Source: Verrucomicrobiia bacterium
GTDB taxonomy: Bacteria > Verrucomicrobiota > Verrucomicrobiia > Limisphaerales > UBA1319
Direction: 5' to 3'
Length of the DNA: 64,000 nucleotides
Assembly (NCBI GenBank): GCA_963664225.1
Contig: OY760937.1
Location: 4,544,001 to 4,608,000, forward strand
Positions 9,250 to 19,673 of this stretch are shown here, in pieces. A program made the translations under genes and the position numbers. The notes beneath the pieces are model-generated. The model saw only the letters and a program-made list of their open reading frames with translations. It was not told where the DNA came from and ran no database searches. The stretch's first letter is position 1, and each line of letters starts with the position of its first letter.

Positions 9250-11139
9250 TTACTTGGTGATCTGCTCCAGTTCCTGCCAGCGATGATAGAGCTGTGTGAC
9301 CTTTTTGCGGGCTGATTCGAGGTCCGCGATCACTTTGGGCGCCTCGGCGGCGCGCGTTGCGAAAAAGGTTGGATCATTGAGGGTGGCTTCCAGCGTGGAT
9401 ACTTTTTCCTCGGCGGTGAGAATCGCCTGTTCCATTCCCTCCAACTCGCGTTGTTCCTTGAAAGTAAGTTTGCGGGTGCGCTCTTTTTTGGCTGGTTCGG
9501 TTTTCGTCGGGGCGGCCGGGAGCGTTGCTTCGCGTTCGGCACGATCCCGGAGCTTTTTCTTTTCCAGATAATAGGAGTAATTGCCGGGTTGCATGAAGAG
9601 GCCGCCATCCTCAAAGGCGACGATTTGATCGCAGATGCGATCCAGGAAATAGCGGTCATGGCTGACGACGAGGACGGAGCCGCCAAAGTCCACGAGTGCT
9701 TCTTCAAGCATGCGCAGGCTGGGCAGGTCGAGGTCGTTGGTCGGTTCGTCCAGCACCAGAAGGTTTCCGCCTTTGCAAAGGACTTTGGCCAGCATCAGCC
9801 GGGCCCGTTCGCCGCCCGAGAGGCGGGAAACGGTTTCCTTGAGTCGTTCATCCGGGAAGAGAAAACGCCTCAAATAGGCGCGTGCGGTCAGCCGTTGCTC
9901 GCCGAACTGCACCATCTCGCTTTTGTCGGACACCTCGGCCATGAGGGTGTTGGAATCGGTCAATTGCATGCGGGCCTGGTCGATGTAATTGACGACCACC
10001 CGCTTGCCCAGTGTGGAGGTGCCTTCGTCCGGGAGCCGTTGGCCCAGGCAGACGCGCAAGAGGGTGGTTTTGCCCACGCCGTTGCGACCCACGACACCGG
10101 TGCATTGACCGGGTTTCAGGGATAACTCGAGACCGCGAAAGAGCCAGCGTTCCGAGTCGCCTGTTCCCACTTTCACGCCGACCTGTTCAAGATCCACGCC
10201 CACATTGCCCATTTCAGGCGGGGGAGGAATCGGGAGGTCCATTTCGCGCTCCTCGGGCGGGGCCTCAAGCCCGGCTACATTGTAAAACGTGTCCAGACGA
10301 TGCCGGGATTTGGAGCGTTGCGCGCGCACGCCCGCGCGGACCCATTCGAGTTCCACCCGGAGAAAACGCTGGCGTCGGCGTTCTGCTTCTTCGGCGATCA
10401 TTTGTCTTGCGGCCTTGGATTCCAGGTAGGCCGTGTAGTTGCCTGGATGAGAAAAGATGCGCGTTTCGGCCACCTCCAGAATGCGGGTGGCGATGACGTC
10501 CAAAAAGTAACGATCGTGGGTGACGAACATCACTGCGCCCCGGAATTCCCGCAGGAACTCTTCCAGCCAGCGAATGGACTCGGTGTCCAGATGGTTGGTC
10601 GGTTCGTCGAGCAGTAGCAGATCAGGTTGCGAAACCAACGCGCGGCAGAGGGCCACGCGCCGTTTTTCCCCGCCAGAAAGAGGTTCCACGAGCTTATCCA
10701 GATCCGGAGCGCCCAATGCGGCCGCCTCGGCTTTGATGCGCGATTCGAGATTCCATCCATCCGCATGCTCGATTTTGACCAAAAGGTCGGCCAATTCCGC
10801 CTCGCTACCGTCGCCGTATTCGTAGCGTCTTCGCCATTCCATCAGGTCGGCCACACCGGCCTCGATGTTTTCACGAACGGTTTTGGCGCCATCCAGCTCG
10901 AATTCCTGCGGGAGGTAACCGATGCGCAGGCCCCGGCGTTGCGTGATTTCGCCGGAGTCGGGAGGTTCCACACCGGTAAGAATTTTCAACAGGCTGGTCT
11001 TGCCGCAACCATTACGGCCCACAAGACCCACTTTTTCACCCGCGCTGACGGCGAGGCTGACTTGTTGGAGCAGAACCTGATAGCCATAGGCCAGGCTGAT
11101 CTCGTTGGCGATTAATAATGGGGCTTCGGGAGTGCTCAT
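9250..11139 (-). CDS. ABC-F family ATPase (Uup-like)
   Basis: Two NBDs (GRNGCGKT/LSGGE/DEPTNHLD and GRNGVGKT/LSGGE/DEPTNDLD), no TM segments, C-terminal KLTFKEQRELE coiled coil. Start placed at MSTPEAP. Confidence 0.9.
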   Translation of the reverse strand: MSTPEAPLLIANEISLAYGYQVLLQQVSLAVSAGEKVGLVGRNGCGKTSLLKILTGVEPPDSGEITQRRGLRIGYLPQEFELDGAKTVRENIEAGVADLMEWRRRYEYGDGSEAELADLLVKIEHADGWNLESRIKAEAAALGAPDLDKLVEPLSGGEKRRVALCRALVSQPDLLLLDEPTNHLDTESIRWLEEFLREFRGAVMFVTHDRYFLDVIATRILEVAETRIFSHPGNYTAYLESKAARQMIAEEAERRRQRFLRVELEWVRAGVRAQRSKSRHRLDTFYNVAGLEAPPEEREMDLPIPPPPEMGNVGVDLEQVGVKVGTGDSERWLFRGLELSLKPGQCTGVVGRNGVGKTTLLRVCLGQRLPDEGTSTLGKRVVVNYIDQARMQLTDSNTLMAEVSDKSEMVQFGEQRLTARAYLRRFLFPDERLKETVSRLSGGERARLMLAKVLCKGGNLLVLDEPTNDLDLPSLRMLEEALVDFGGSVLVVSHDRYFLDRICDQIVAFEDGGLFMQPGNYSYYLEKKKLRDRAEREATLPAAPTKTEPAKKERTRKLTFKEQRELEGMEQAILTAEEKVSTLEATLNDPTFFATRAAEAPKVIADLESARKKVTQLYHRWQELEQITK

Positions 11140-11528
11140 GAAATGCTGCGAATCATCGGACCCTCTGCATGGCATCGGCCATCGAAGGTGCTCAATCGTC
11201 TGCTTTGTTTTAAAAATGCGGTTTCAATTCCGCCGCCACACGGTGCCATAAAGCCGGACATCATGAAGTATTTTTGACAGGGATGCACGCTTTTCCGGGG
11301 GAACGTTCAGGATTGAAAAACATAATCAGCAGACGGCAGAGGTTTTCTGAAATGAAAACGATAATTAACCAAAAGACCCGAACCTGGTTGCGCCGGTTAT
11401 TCGGACTTCATAGAGTGCCCCATACGTGGGCGGATAACAATCTGTTGCGCCAACCATCGCTGTGAGGCCGCCTCAGTTAATGGTTCTGGTTGAGGTCGAT
11501 AGACTTGGTCGTTAAGCAATTCAAAGTC

Positions 11529-11867
11529 ATGGCTACCGAGCAACACGATAAGGATTACGGAGATCGGACTCTCTATCGAGTCATGATTTTGATCGCAGCG
11601 CTTCTGGGTCTTGGCGTATTCATCATACCCAATGTGGAATACGGGCCAAAGATCACTACGGCGGGCTATGTGATCATCACGTTTTGGACTTTAATTCTTG
11701 TGGTCGGCTGTTTTTGGGTCGGTCAAGTTCAGGCTCGTTATCGTTGTGTAAAATGCGGCGCACATCTCCCCAAACTCCAGCCAGAGGCTTCCACCAAGTA
11801 CCAGCACAGGTTTTATTGCAAGAACTGCGATGTGGTCTGGACCACGGACATTTATGCGGGAGATTAG
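11529..11867 (+). CDS. Small membrane protein (2 TM) with C-terminal Zn-ribbon
   Basis: Two hydrophobic segments followed by CVKC...CKNC. Confidence 0.65.
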   Translation: MATEQHDKDYGDRTLYRVMILIAALLGLGVFIIPNVEYGPKITTAGYVIITFWTLILVVGCFWVGQVQARYRCVKCGAHLPKLQPEASTKYQHRFYCKNCDVVWTTDIYAGD

Positions 11868-11887
11868 TGTCGCCCTGTGATTCGGTT

Positions 11888-13069
11888 TCAGAGGCTAGCG
11901 GCCATGGCGCGACGAAATTGGGCGGGAGTTTTCTTGAGGTGGGTTTTGAAGACGGCGCCCATGTATTCCTGGTGTTTGAAGCCGGTTTTTTCGGCAATAT
12001 CGCCGAGGGACAGATTTGTTTCCGCGAGCAGTTCCCGGGCGCGTTTAAGGCGGGCGTTCAGGATTTCCTGATGCACAGAGCGATGCAGGAGGGCGCGGAA
12101 GCGGCGTTGCAATACGCTGCGGGAGAGGCCGGAGTGACGGGCGATGGCATCCACATGGATCGGGCCGCAGGCGTTCTCGCGAATCCAGCGCAGGGCGATG
12201 GAGATGGGGCGGTCCTCGATGGCATAGACATCGGTGGAGAGGCGGACGGTCACGCTTTTAGGATCGACCAGCCGGGGTTGGGTTGGGGCAGGCTGGTCGG
12301 CCATCATTTGCGCCAATAGCTCAGCGGCGGCATAGCCAACATGATCATGGCCCGGTTGCACGCTGGAGAGGGGCGGATTGCAGACTTCGCACAGTGGTTG
12401 GTCGTCGTCCACGCCGATGACGGCGACTTCGTCTGGAACGGCCACGCCCGCTCTGCGGCAGGCTTCAAGGAATTGGGGTCCGCGCTGGTCGCTGCAAACC
12501 ATGACTCCGGCGGGTTTGGGAAGGCGGGCGACCCAGGCAGCCAGGGCGTCCTGGGTGTTTTCCCAGGAATGCGCGTTTTCGCCGCCACGTGGCGGTTCAT
12601 AGACGCGTAAGACGCCGCCGGAGGAATGGATGGTCTGCTCGAAGGCGTCACGTCTGCGTTCCGACCAGTTTTCGCCGCCGATGCCAAAATAACCGAAATT
12701 TTTGAAGCCGCGTTCGATCAGATGTCCGGAGGCCATGCGCGCGATGAGGGAGTCGTTGACATGCACCAACGGGAAGGTGGCGTTACGCACGACGCCCAAA
12801 ACGTCCACGGTGGGGATGCCTGAGGCAAGAACCTCCTGGGCAATAGATTGGTTCTGGATGCGGGCAATAATGCCATCGCCCTTCCACTTTCGCAGCCATT
12901 TTGGGGGGGATTCCTCCAATCCGCGCGGCTCGTAATAGAGTGACCATGAGGCATTTTCGCGGACGTAACGCGAAATGCCGCGCAGGATGTCGCGACCCGA
13001 GGCCAGCGTGGTTTCCACCAGCAGCGCGACATGGGGTCTGGGACGGGTGTTGAGCTTTTTCATGGTCAT
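11888..13069 (-). CDS. XylR-type regulator (LacI-like sugar-binding domain + AraC HTH)
   Basis: DGIIARI, VPDEVAVIGVDDD..CE...PPLSSV, C-terminal IAEKTGF..QEYM...FK.....TPAQFR. Confidence 0.9.
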   Translation of the reverse strand: MTMKKLNTRPRPHVALLVETTLASGRDILRGISRYVRENASWSLYYEPRGLEESPPKWLRKWKGDGIIARIQNQSIAQEVLASGIPTVDVLGVVRNATFPLVHVNDSLIARMASGHLIERGFKNFGYFGIGGENWSERRRDAFEQTIHSSGGVLRVYEPPRGGENAHSWENTQDALAAWVARLPKPAGVMVCSDQRGPQFLEACRRAGVAVPDEVAVIGVDDDQPLCEVCNPPLSSVQPGHDHVGYAAAELLAQMMADQPAPTQPRLVDPKSVTVRLSTDVYAIEDRPISIALRWIRENACGPIHVDAIARHSGLSRSVLQRRFRALLHRSVHQEILNARLKRARELLAETNLSLGDIAEKTGFKHQEYMGAVFKTHLKKTPAQFRRAMAASL

Positions 13070-13202
13070 CGGCCAGGGTGGCCGGATTTCTTAATTCATT
13101 TAATCACAAGTCATTCGCAAGGGAAAACCACCCATTACAATTCTCACTGTGAACATTATAAAAACCACAAATTCGTGACACAGGCAATGACAACATGCCA
13201 GC

Positions 13203-13265
13203 GACCCGAAATCTACAATTAATGACCCGTTCCCTCCTTGCCCGCAGCGTACGTTTCATTACAAT
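13203..13265 (+). promoter_or_regulatory. Candidate galK promoter with upstream 21-bp-period direct repeat
   Basis: ttgccc (13238) - 16 nt - tacaat (13260); gacccg at 13203 and 13224. Confidence 0.4.
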
Positions 13266-13329
13266 GTAATCACTCTGGAAACCCTTGCGGCCTGCCGGAG
13301 GTTTTATTAACGCTTAAAGAATTGATGTT

Positions 13330-14523
13330 ATGATTGATCAGGCTCCAAACCTGGCGCAACTGGCCAGCGAGACGGCTGAGAAGTTTGCCCAAAAATATGG
13401 TCGGCAACCCCGATGGATCGTGGCGGCGCCGGGCCGGGTCAATATCATCGGCGAGCACACGGATTATAACGACGGCTTTGTCTTTCCAATGGCCATTGAG
13501 CGTTACACGATCATTGCCGCCGACCGGCCCGTAGTAACGCATGAGCCTGCTCAATTCAAATGGACCTGCACCCGCCTGGGAGAGACTGCGGTCATTAACA
13601 CGGCAGAGCCCGCCCAAAAAGGCAAGCCCGCCTGGGCGAATTATATTCGCGGCGTGGTCGCCGGTTTTCAGAAGCTGGGTGTTGAATTGGGGTCGTTGGA
13701 TGTGCTGATGCAATCGACGGTTCCGTTGGGTGGCGGACTTTCCAGCAGCGCGGCATTGGAAGTGGCCACGGCCACTTTGCTGGAGGTTGTGACTGGCACG
13801 AAGATGAGTGCTGTCGATAAGGCGCTGCTTTGCCAGAAGGCGGAGCATGAGTTTGCGGGAGTGCCTTGCGGCATCATGGATCAATTCACCTCCGCGCTGG
13901 GCAAGGAAGGCCACTTGCTGTTGCTCGATTGCCGGACCAGGACTACGGAACTGGTTCCGATGACCGATCCTGATATCGCGGTTTTGATCACCAATACCAA
14001 CGTGCGGCATGAGTTGGGGAATGGGGAATACGCGCAACGGCGCGCCCAATGCGAGACGGCGGCAAAAATTCTTGGGGTTGCGTCACTGCGTGATGCCACA
14101 ATGGCGTCACTGGAAGCGAAGAAGAGCGCGATGGACCCGGTGGTTTTCAAACGCGCCCGCCACGTGATCGGTGAAATCGATCGCACAACCAAAGCGGCCA
14201 GGGCGATTCGCGCCGGGAAATTGGATGAGCTGGGTCAGTTGATGTATGCCAGCCACGATTCGCTGCGAGATGATTACGCGGTGAGTTGCAAGGAGTTGGA
14301 TGAGGTGGTGGAAATTGCCCGTAAAATTGGGACCAAGGGCGGGATGATCGGCTGCCGGATGACGGGTGGCGGTTTCGGTGGGTGCACGGTCAGCCTGGTG
14401 AAAACGAGCGAGGTCAACAAAATCGCCGATACGATTTTCAGAGAGTATCAAGCTGCGACCGGGATCAAACCGGCGTTGTTTGTATCCAGGCCGGCCGCCG
14501 GAGCGACGATCATCAAGGCTTAG
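13330..14523 (+). CDS. galK: Galactokinase
   Basis: [44 protein letters not shown]. Confidence 0.95.
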   Translation: MIDQAPNLAQLASETAEKFAQKYGRQPRWIVAAPGRVNIIGEHTDYNDGFVFPMAIERYTIIAADRPVVTHEPAQFKWTCTRLGETAVINTAEPAQKGKPAWANYIRGVVAGFQKLGVELGSLDVLMQSTVPLGGGLSSSAALEVATATLLEVVTGTKMSAVDKALLCQKAEHEFAGVPCGIMDQFTSALGKEGHLLLLDCRTRTTELVPMTDPDIAVLITNTNVRHELGNGEYAQRRAQCETAAKILGVASLRDATMASLEAKKSAMDPVVFKRARHVIGEIDRTTKAARAIRAGKLDELGQLMYASHDSLRDDYAVSCKELDEVVEIARKIGTKGGMIGCRMTGGGFGGCTVSLVKTSEVNKIADTIFREYQAATGIKPALFVSRPAAGATIIKA

Positions 14524-14591
14524 GCCGCGAGAATTTCCGTGTGCATGGGCTGCATCCCAATGATGCAGCCCGTTTTTTCCATTTAACGATC

Positions 14592-15635
14592 ATGAATTTT
14601 AATCCTGAAACGCATCCGCATCGCCGTTTGAACCTGTTGACTGGCGAGTGGATTTTGGTGTCGCCGCATCGGACGCAACGTCCCTGGCAGGGGCAGCAGG
14701 AAAGTGCGGGCGCCGAAACCCGGCCCAGCCATGATCCCAAGTGCTATTTGTGCCCGGGCAATCGCCGCGCAGGGGATCTTACCAATCCGGACTACAAGGA
14801 TACGTTTGTATTCTCCAATGACTTTGCGGCTTTATTACCGGACGCGCCAACGGACGGCGCGGTGGCTGAGGGGATGTTTCGGGCGCAGCCAGTGCAAGGG
14901 CAATGTCGCGTGATCTGTTTTTCGCCGCGGCACGATTTAACGCTTCCGGAGATGACCGTGGGGCAAATTCAGAAAGTGATCGATGTCTGGGCGGCGCAGG
15001 TTCAAGAATTGGGCGCCCGTTTCAAGTGGGTGCAGGTGTTCGAGAACAAAGGGGCGGCGATGGGTTGCTCGAATCCTCATCCGCACGGGCAGATCTGGGC
15101 TGGCAACTGGCTGCCGCGACTGGTGGAGCAGGAGGAGAACAGTCAGCGGGAGTACTTCAAAAAGCAGGGTCATCCCCTGTTGCTGGATTACCTGGCTGCG
15201 GAGTTAAAGGAGCAATCCCGCGTCATCGAATCGAACGAGCACTGGGTGATGACGGTTCCCTATTGGGCCACCTGGCCGTTTGAATTGCTGTTGGTTCCAA
15301 GGCGTTCAGTGAAGCGGTTGCCGGAATTGACGGTTGAGGAACGGGCCGCATTGGCGGAAATTCTCAAGCGGAGTCTGAGCCGCTACGACAATCTTTTTCA
15401 AACCAGTTTTCCTTATTCCATGGGCTGGCACGGTGCGCCCACGGACGGTGGGGATTATGCGCACTGGCAGTTGCACGCTCATTTTTATCCGCCACTGCTG
15501 CGGTCAGCCACGGTAAAGAAATTCATGGTGGGCTACGAGATGCTGGCGGAACCGCAACGCGATTTGACTGCTGAGCAGGCGGCCCGGCGTTTGCGCGAGG
15601 TCTCCTCCCTTCACTATAAAAGCGCGAAGGCCTGA
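14592..15635 (+). CDS. galT: Galactose-1-phosphate uridylyltransferase
   Basis: [56 protein letters not shown]. Start moved to MNFNPETH. Confidence 0.95.
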   Translation: MNFNPETHPHRRLNLLTGEWILVSPHRTQRPWQGQQESAGAETRPSHDPKCYLCPGNRRAGDLTNPDYKDTFVFSNDFAALLPDAPTDGAVAEGMFRAQPVQGQCRVICFSPRHDLTLPEMTVGQIQKVIDVWAAQVQELGARFKWVQVFENKGAAMGCSNPHPHGQIWAGNWLPRLVEQEENSQREYFKKQGHPLLLDYLAAELKEQSRVIESNEHWVMTVPYWATWPFELLLVPRRSVKRLPELTVEERAALAEILKRSLSRYDNLFQTSFPYSMGWHGAPTDGGDYAHWQLHAHFYPPLLRSATVKKFMVGYEMLAEPQRDLTAEQAARRLREVSSLHYKSAKA

Positions 15636-15655
15636 CAGCAAGCCGAGCCGGACCA

Positions 15656-16621
15656 TCAGGGTTGAGGCGGACGATTCTTTTTGTCCACCAGGCCCCGCAT
15701 GGTGGCAGCATCGTGGTGCTCATGCAGGTGACGGTTTTCGGCCTCGTATGGCTCGGTGTGGAGGGTGACTTCAGTGTTTGGAAAACGGGCGCGAATGCGG
15801 TCTTCCATTTCCTCGGTCAAATCATGGGCCTGGGGCAGGGAGAGGGTGTCATCGAGCAGGATATGCGCATCGATATAACGGAAAGAGCCGGATTTTCGGG
15901 TGCGCAGTTTGTGATATCCGAAAACGCGCTGTTCAAGATCGAGAATCTCCTTGATGGCATCGACATCTGAAGAGGGCAGTTGGGTATCCATGAGGGTTTC
16001 AATCGCAGCCATTGTAAGCCGCCAGGCAGCGTGAAAAATCATCATGGCCACCAAGATGGCAACGATGGGATCCAACAGGTAATAACCGGTCAAACGCGCC
16101 AGCGCCAAGCCGATTAAAACTCCGAGAGAAGTATAAACGTCCGTGCGCAGATGCTCGGCATCCGCTTCCAAGGCCAGGGAATCCGTTTTTTTGGCGACTC
16201 GGAAAAGGTAGCGGGCGATGAAAAAATTCATTGTCACTGAAATGGCCATAACCCCGATGCCCAGATCCAGCCGTTGCGGTGTGGTGTGATGAATGATTTT
16301 TTGAATGGCCTCGTAGATGATGTAAATGGCGGCGGCGAAAATCAGAAATGCCTCTGCCATTCCCGAGAGGCTCTCGACCTTTCCGTGGCCGTAGGGATGT
16401 TTGTCGTCGGCGGGCAGGTCGGATTGGCGTACGGAAAAATAAGCGATCCACGAAGCCATCAGATCCGATGCGGAATGAACCGCCTCGGAAAGAACGCTAA
16501 CCGAACCGGTGATCAAGCCGATCCCCAGCTTTAACACGGTTAGCGCCGTATTGGAAAAAATGGAAAATCGGGCGGCCTTGATTTTTTCGCGGCTGGCTGT
16601 GGCGAGGTTTTCTGACACCAT
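15656..16621 (-). CDS. Cation diffusion facilitator (FieF-like) metal exporter
   Basis: SEAVHSASD, HPYGHGKVE, ADAEHLRTD, HKLRTR, HTEP; His-rich tail. Confidence 0.9.
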   Translation of the reverse strand: MVSENLATASREKIKAARFSIFSNTALTVLKLGIGLITGSVSVLSEAVHSASDLMASWIAYFSVRQSDLPADDKHPYGHGKVESLSGMAEAFLIFAAAIYIIYEAIQKIIHHTTPQRLDLGIGVMAISVTMNFFIARYLFRVAKKTDSLALEADAEHLRTDVYTSLGVLIGLALARLTGYYLLDPIVAILVAMMIFHAAWRLTMAAIETLMDTQLPSSDVDAIKEILDLEQRVFGYHKLRTRKSGSFRYIDAHILLDDTLSLPQAHDLTEEMEDRIRARFPNTEVTLHTEPYEAENRHLHEHHDAATMRGLVDKKNRPPQP

Positions 16622-16830
16622 TGTTGTTTTATGTTAGGTCTTCCTGGGAACAAATCCCACAGGGCGTTTTTGCTACAAGTTCCTTGAATCCACATCGTCC
16701 GTTGACCGCATCATTCGACCGTGCGCGAATGAATGAAACCTAGCGTCTGCAAGGGTTCAGGCAAGCACTAAGATCGGTTTGCGGCGGATCTTTTGAAAAT
16801 ACCGCGGGGGAATTATAAAAGCATATTCGA

Positions 16831-16866
16831 CAAAAAATCCCCCGTGCGAATGGCACAGGGGATTTT
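16831..16866 (-). terminator. Rho-independent terminator of the Gfo/Idh/MocA paralog
   Basis: Minus strand: aaaatcccctgtgc-cattc-gcacgggggatttt continuing into a T run. Confidence 0.85.
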
Positions 16867-16892
16867 GTGAAAAGGACTGGGCAATTCGAAGA

Positions 16893-18221
16893 TTACTCGA
16901 ATTTGTAAGTGCCGGGAATGGCGACCGGGGGAACGGGCAAGGGCCCGAACTCGTACTTGGCGGGCGAGAGATCCATCTTGGACTCCATCGCGCTATCCCA
17001 ATCGATGATCTTGCCACTGTAGGCGGATTCGCGACCCATGATGGCGCCGAGATTACTTTCGGCAATCTGCTGCGCTTCATTCAGAGGCTGGCCGGCGCGG
17101 ATGCTTTCGATGAGATCGACGTGTTCCTGCTCATACGGATTGCGGAACTTGCCGGAGAAACGGAAGGGGGTCTTGGCCGTGATCGTGTTCATGCAGTTGC
17201 TCACGCCTTCGGTGCCGACAACCGCTTCGCCGATCTGATCTGAACAATTATCCGTCTGACGGCACATGCTCAGCATGCGAACGCCGCCCGGGTATTCATA
17301 CTCGACGCAGAAGTGGTCGTAAATATGGCCAAACTCCTTGCCGAAGCGCGCGGCCTGGCCACCCATGCCGTAAGCTTTGATGGGGTGCGCCTGCATGGCC
17401 CAATTGATGACATCGAGGTTGTGCAAGTGCTGCTCGACAATGATATCGCCGGAGAGCCAGGTGAAATAGATCCAGTTGCGCAACTGCCACTCCATGTCAG
17501 TCCACTCGGTCTTGCGCGTCTCATGCTGGGTGTGAGAGGCCTGGTTCCAGTAGGCGCGCGCCGAGGTGATCTTGCCGATGGCGCCGTCGTGAATGCGTTT
17601 GATGGTTTCGACGTATTGTTTTTGATGGCGGCGCTGGGTGCCGGCGACGATGCCCAGGTTTTTCTTCTTCGCCATTTCGCCGGATTCAATGATCGAGCGG
17701 CAGCCCGAGCTGTCAACGGCCACCGGCTTTTCGATAAAGCAGTTCTTGCCCGCTTCGACTGCGGCGCGGAGATGCTGGGCGCGGAAGTGGGGTGGCGTGG
17801 TCAGGATGACGTAATTAATGTCAGGGACTGCGAGGAGTTTCTTATAGGAGTCCCAGCCCGAGAAACACATGGAAGGATCGAGCTTGATGCTGACGTCCTG
17901 CATGTCTTTGCTCTCGGTGCCCTGGGCCCAAGCCGCATTGCCCTTGAGTCCGGCCTCGAATTCTTTTTTCGCCGCCTCGACCTTTTCGGGGAACAAGTCG
18001 GCAATGGCGACCAGTTTGACATTCGGCGCCGCTGCCATGGCATTACCCACAGCGCCCTTGCCACGTCCACCGCAGCCAATCAATCCCACGCGAATCGGAT
18101 CGTCCGGCGCGGCATGGCCGGTGATGATGTAGGGAGCGGCGGCGGCACTGGCCATGACCAGCGATGAGGTTTTTATAAACTGACGTCGGGAAACGTCGAT
18201 TTGAGACTTCTGCATACTCAT
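16893..18221 (-). CDS. Tat-exported Gfo/Idh/MocA family oxidoreductase (paralog of 7690..8955)
   Basis: SRRQFIK, VGLIGCGGRG, IEKP, AGTQRRHQ, EQHLHNLD. Confidence 0.9.
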   Translation of the reverse strand: MSMQKSQIDVSRRQFIKTSSLVMASAAAAPYIITGHAAPDDPIRVGLIGCGGRGKGAVGNAMAAAPNVKLVAIADLFPEKVEAAKKEFEAGLKGNAAWAQGTESKDMQDVSIKLDPSMCFSGWDSYKKLLAVPDINYVILTTPPHFRAQHLRAAVEAGKNCFIEKPVAVDSSGCRSIIESGEMAKKKNLGIVAGTQRRHQKQYVETIKRIHDGAIGKITSARAYWNQASHTQHETRKTEWTDMEWQLRNWIYFTWLSGDIIVEQHLHNLDVINWAMQAHPIKAYGMGGQAARFGKEFGHIYDHFCVEYEYPGGVRMLSMCRQTDNCSDQIGEAVVGTEGVSNCMNTITAKTPFRFSGKFRNPYEQEHVDLIESIRAGQPLNEAQQIAESNLGAIMGRESAYSGKIIDWDSAMESKMDLSPAKYEFGPLPVPPVAIPGTYKFE

Positions 18222-18764
18222 GTAATTATTTGGCTTATGGTGTTAATCGTTTCCAGTTTTCGCTTATTGGACGATCAAACGTGGTTAACAAATTCATATT
18301 GGAGATAAATTACGGAAAATGGAAATGAAATAATTCAGGTCGCAACGGTTTTAAAAAATGCGTATCCAATTGCAGCACAATACAGTGTGATAAATTCAAC
18401 AGAGAGCATGCAGCGATCACCAAGCTTTATTTTGATTCTTCCGGCCTGAAACAGGATTCGAGACTGCTTTGTGGTGACGCATTTACAGTGCTGCCATACA
18501 GGGAGCCAATTGGCTGTGTTTGCAAGGTATCCTGCAGAATGATCAAGGGGGGAATTGGCACTTTCTTATCGTCATGGACGGGGTTTGAGGTCATATAAAT
18601 GGGCATGCAGAATTCGGGATTATCCGGTTTGTCCGTGTTTGAAAAAAGTGCCGAGGTGGTCGTGGCCGGGCAGGCTGAAGCTGTTCTGGAATGGCCGGAT
18701 GCGGCGCGCATTCCGATTGTGCCTCTGCCTGATTTCTGACGGCCACTGGCACAGGAGTAATCGC

Positions 18765-19592
18765 ATGTTGCATATCCAAACTCTCGGGACGCTTGATTTG
18801 CCGGAATTAGAGCCGTACCGGACGATGAAGCGGCAGCAGGAACATCGGGACCGCCAAATATTCGTGGCGGAGGGCGAGAAGGTGGTGCGTCGTCTTTTGG
18901 AGAGCCAGTTTTTGGTGGAATCCATCATTCTGCCGCAAAATTGGCTTGAGGCGTTGCGACCATTGTTGGACGCGCGAAAGGAAGAGGTGCGGGTTTATCT
19001 GGCGGATCGGGATTTTTTGGAAAAGCTCGTTGGATTCACCATGTATCAAGGCTTGCTTGCGGTGGGCAAGGTGCCGCGAGCCATTACGCTGGATGGTTTG
19101 CTGGAGGGGAGTCGCCGCCCAATGCTTTTCGCTGCGGCTGAGGGAATTCACGACGCCTTGAACATGGGGGCGCTGGTGCGTAATTGTGCGGCGTTTGGCG
19201 CGCAGGGCCTGATCGTGGGCGAAACCTCGAGCAGCCCGTTTTTGCGACGGGCGGTTCGCAACTCGATGGGCGCGATTTTTACGACGCCCATTCTGGAGGT
19301 TGAGAATTTGGCGCAGACATTGCTGGCCATGCGCAAACGGGGTGTACGGTGTCTGGCGGCCCACCCACATGCGGGTCAGCGCATGTTGCCCCAGGCCGAT
19401 TTCAGCGGCGACTGCTGCGTTGTTTTTGGCAACGAAGGAAATGGATTGACGACGGCGGTGCTGGAGGCCTGCGACGAACCGGTGGCTGTGCCGATGCAGA
19501 ACGGTGTCGATTCCCTGAACGTGGGCAGTGCCGGCGCGGTTTTTTTATATGAAGCGGCACGGCAGCGCGGATTGGCCGGGGCTTTGATATGA
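18765..19592 (+). CDS. TrmH/SpoU family RNA methyltransferase
   Basis: FVAEG, NMGALVRN, VFGNEGNGL, VPMQNGVDSLNV; AGGAG upstream of ATG 18765. Confidence 0.9.
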   Translation: MLHIQTLGTLDLPELEPYRTMKRQQEHRDRQIFVAEGEKVVRRLLESQFLVESIILPQNWLEALRPLLDARKEEVRVYLADRDFLEKLVGFTMYQGLLAVGKVPRAITLDGLLEGSRRPMLFAAAEGIHDALNMGALVRNCAAFGAQGLIVGETSSSPFLRRAVRNSMGAIFTTPILEVENLAQTLLAMRKRGVRCLAAHPHAGQRMLPQADFSGDCCVVFGNEGNGLTTAVLEACDEPVAVPMQNGVDSLNVGSAGAVFLYEAARQRGLAGALI

Positions 19593-19673
19593 AGCGGCGG
19601 AGCCTTATGATTTTTGCAAAAGCGTACAGGCACCCATTTGCCGCGCGCGGAACGAACTTTATTATTTTTTAAC

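Noticed and set aside
14382..14591. N-terminal extensions in the ORF track (galT; also TrmH 18555, rsmI 19614, mlaE 23867, ABC-F 11175)
   Set aside because: They overlap neighbours or precede the family's conserved start; downstream ATGs fit better.
18222..18764. Long, partly AT-rich divergent intergenic region as ncRNA or small-gene locus
   Set aside because: No convincing structure or ORF; consistent with two divergent promoters.
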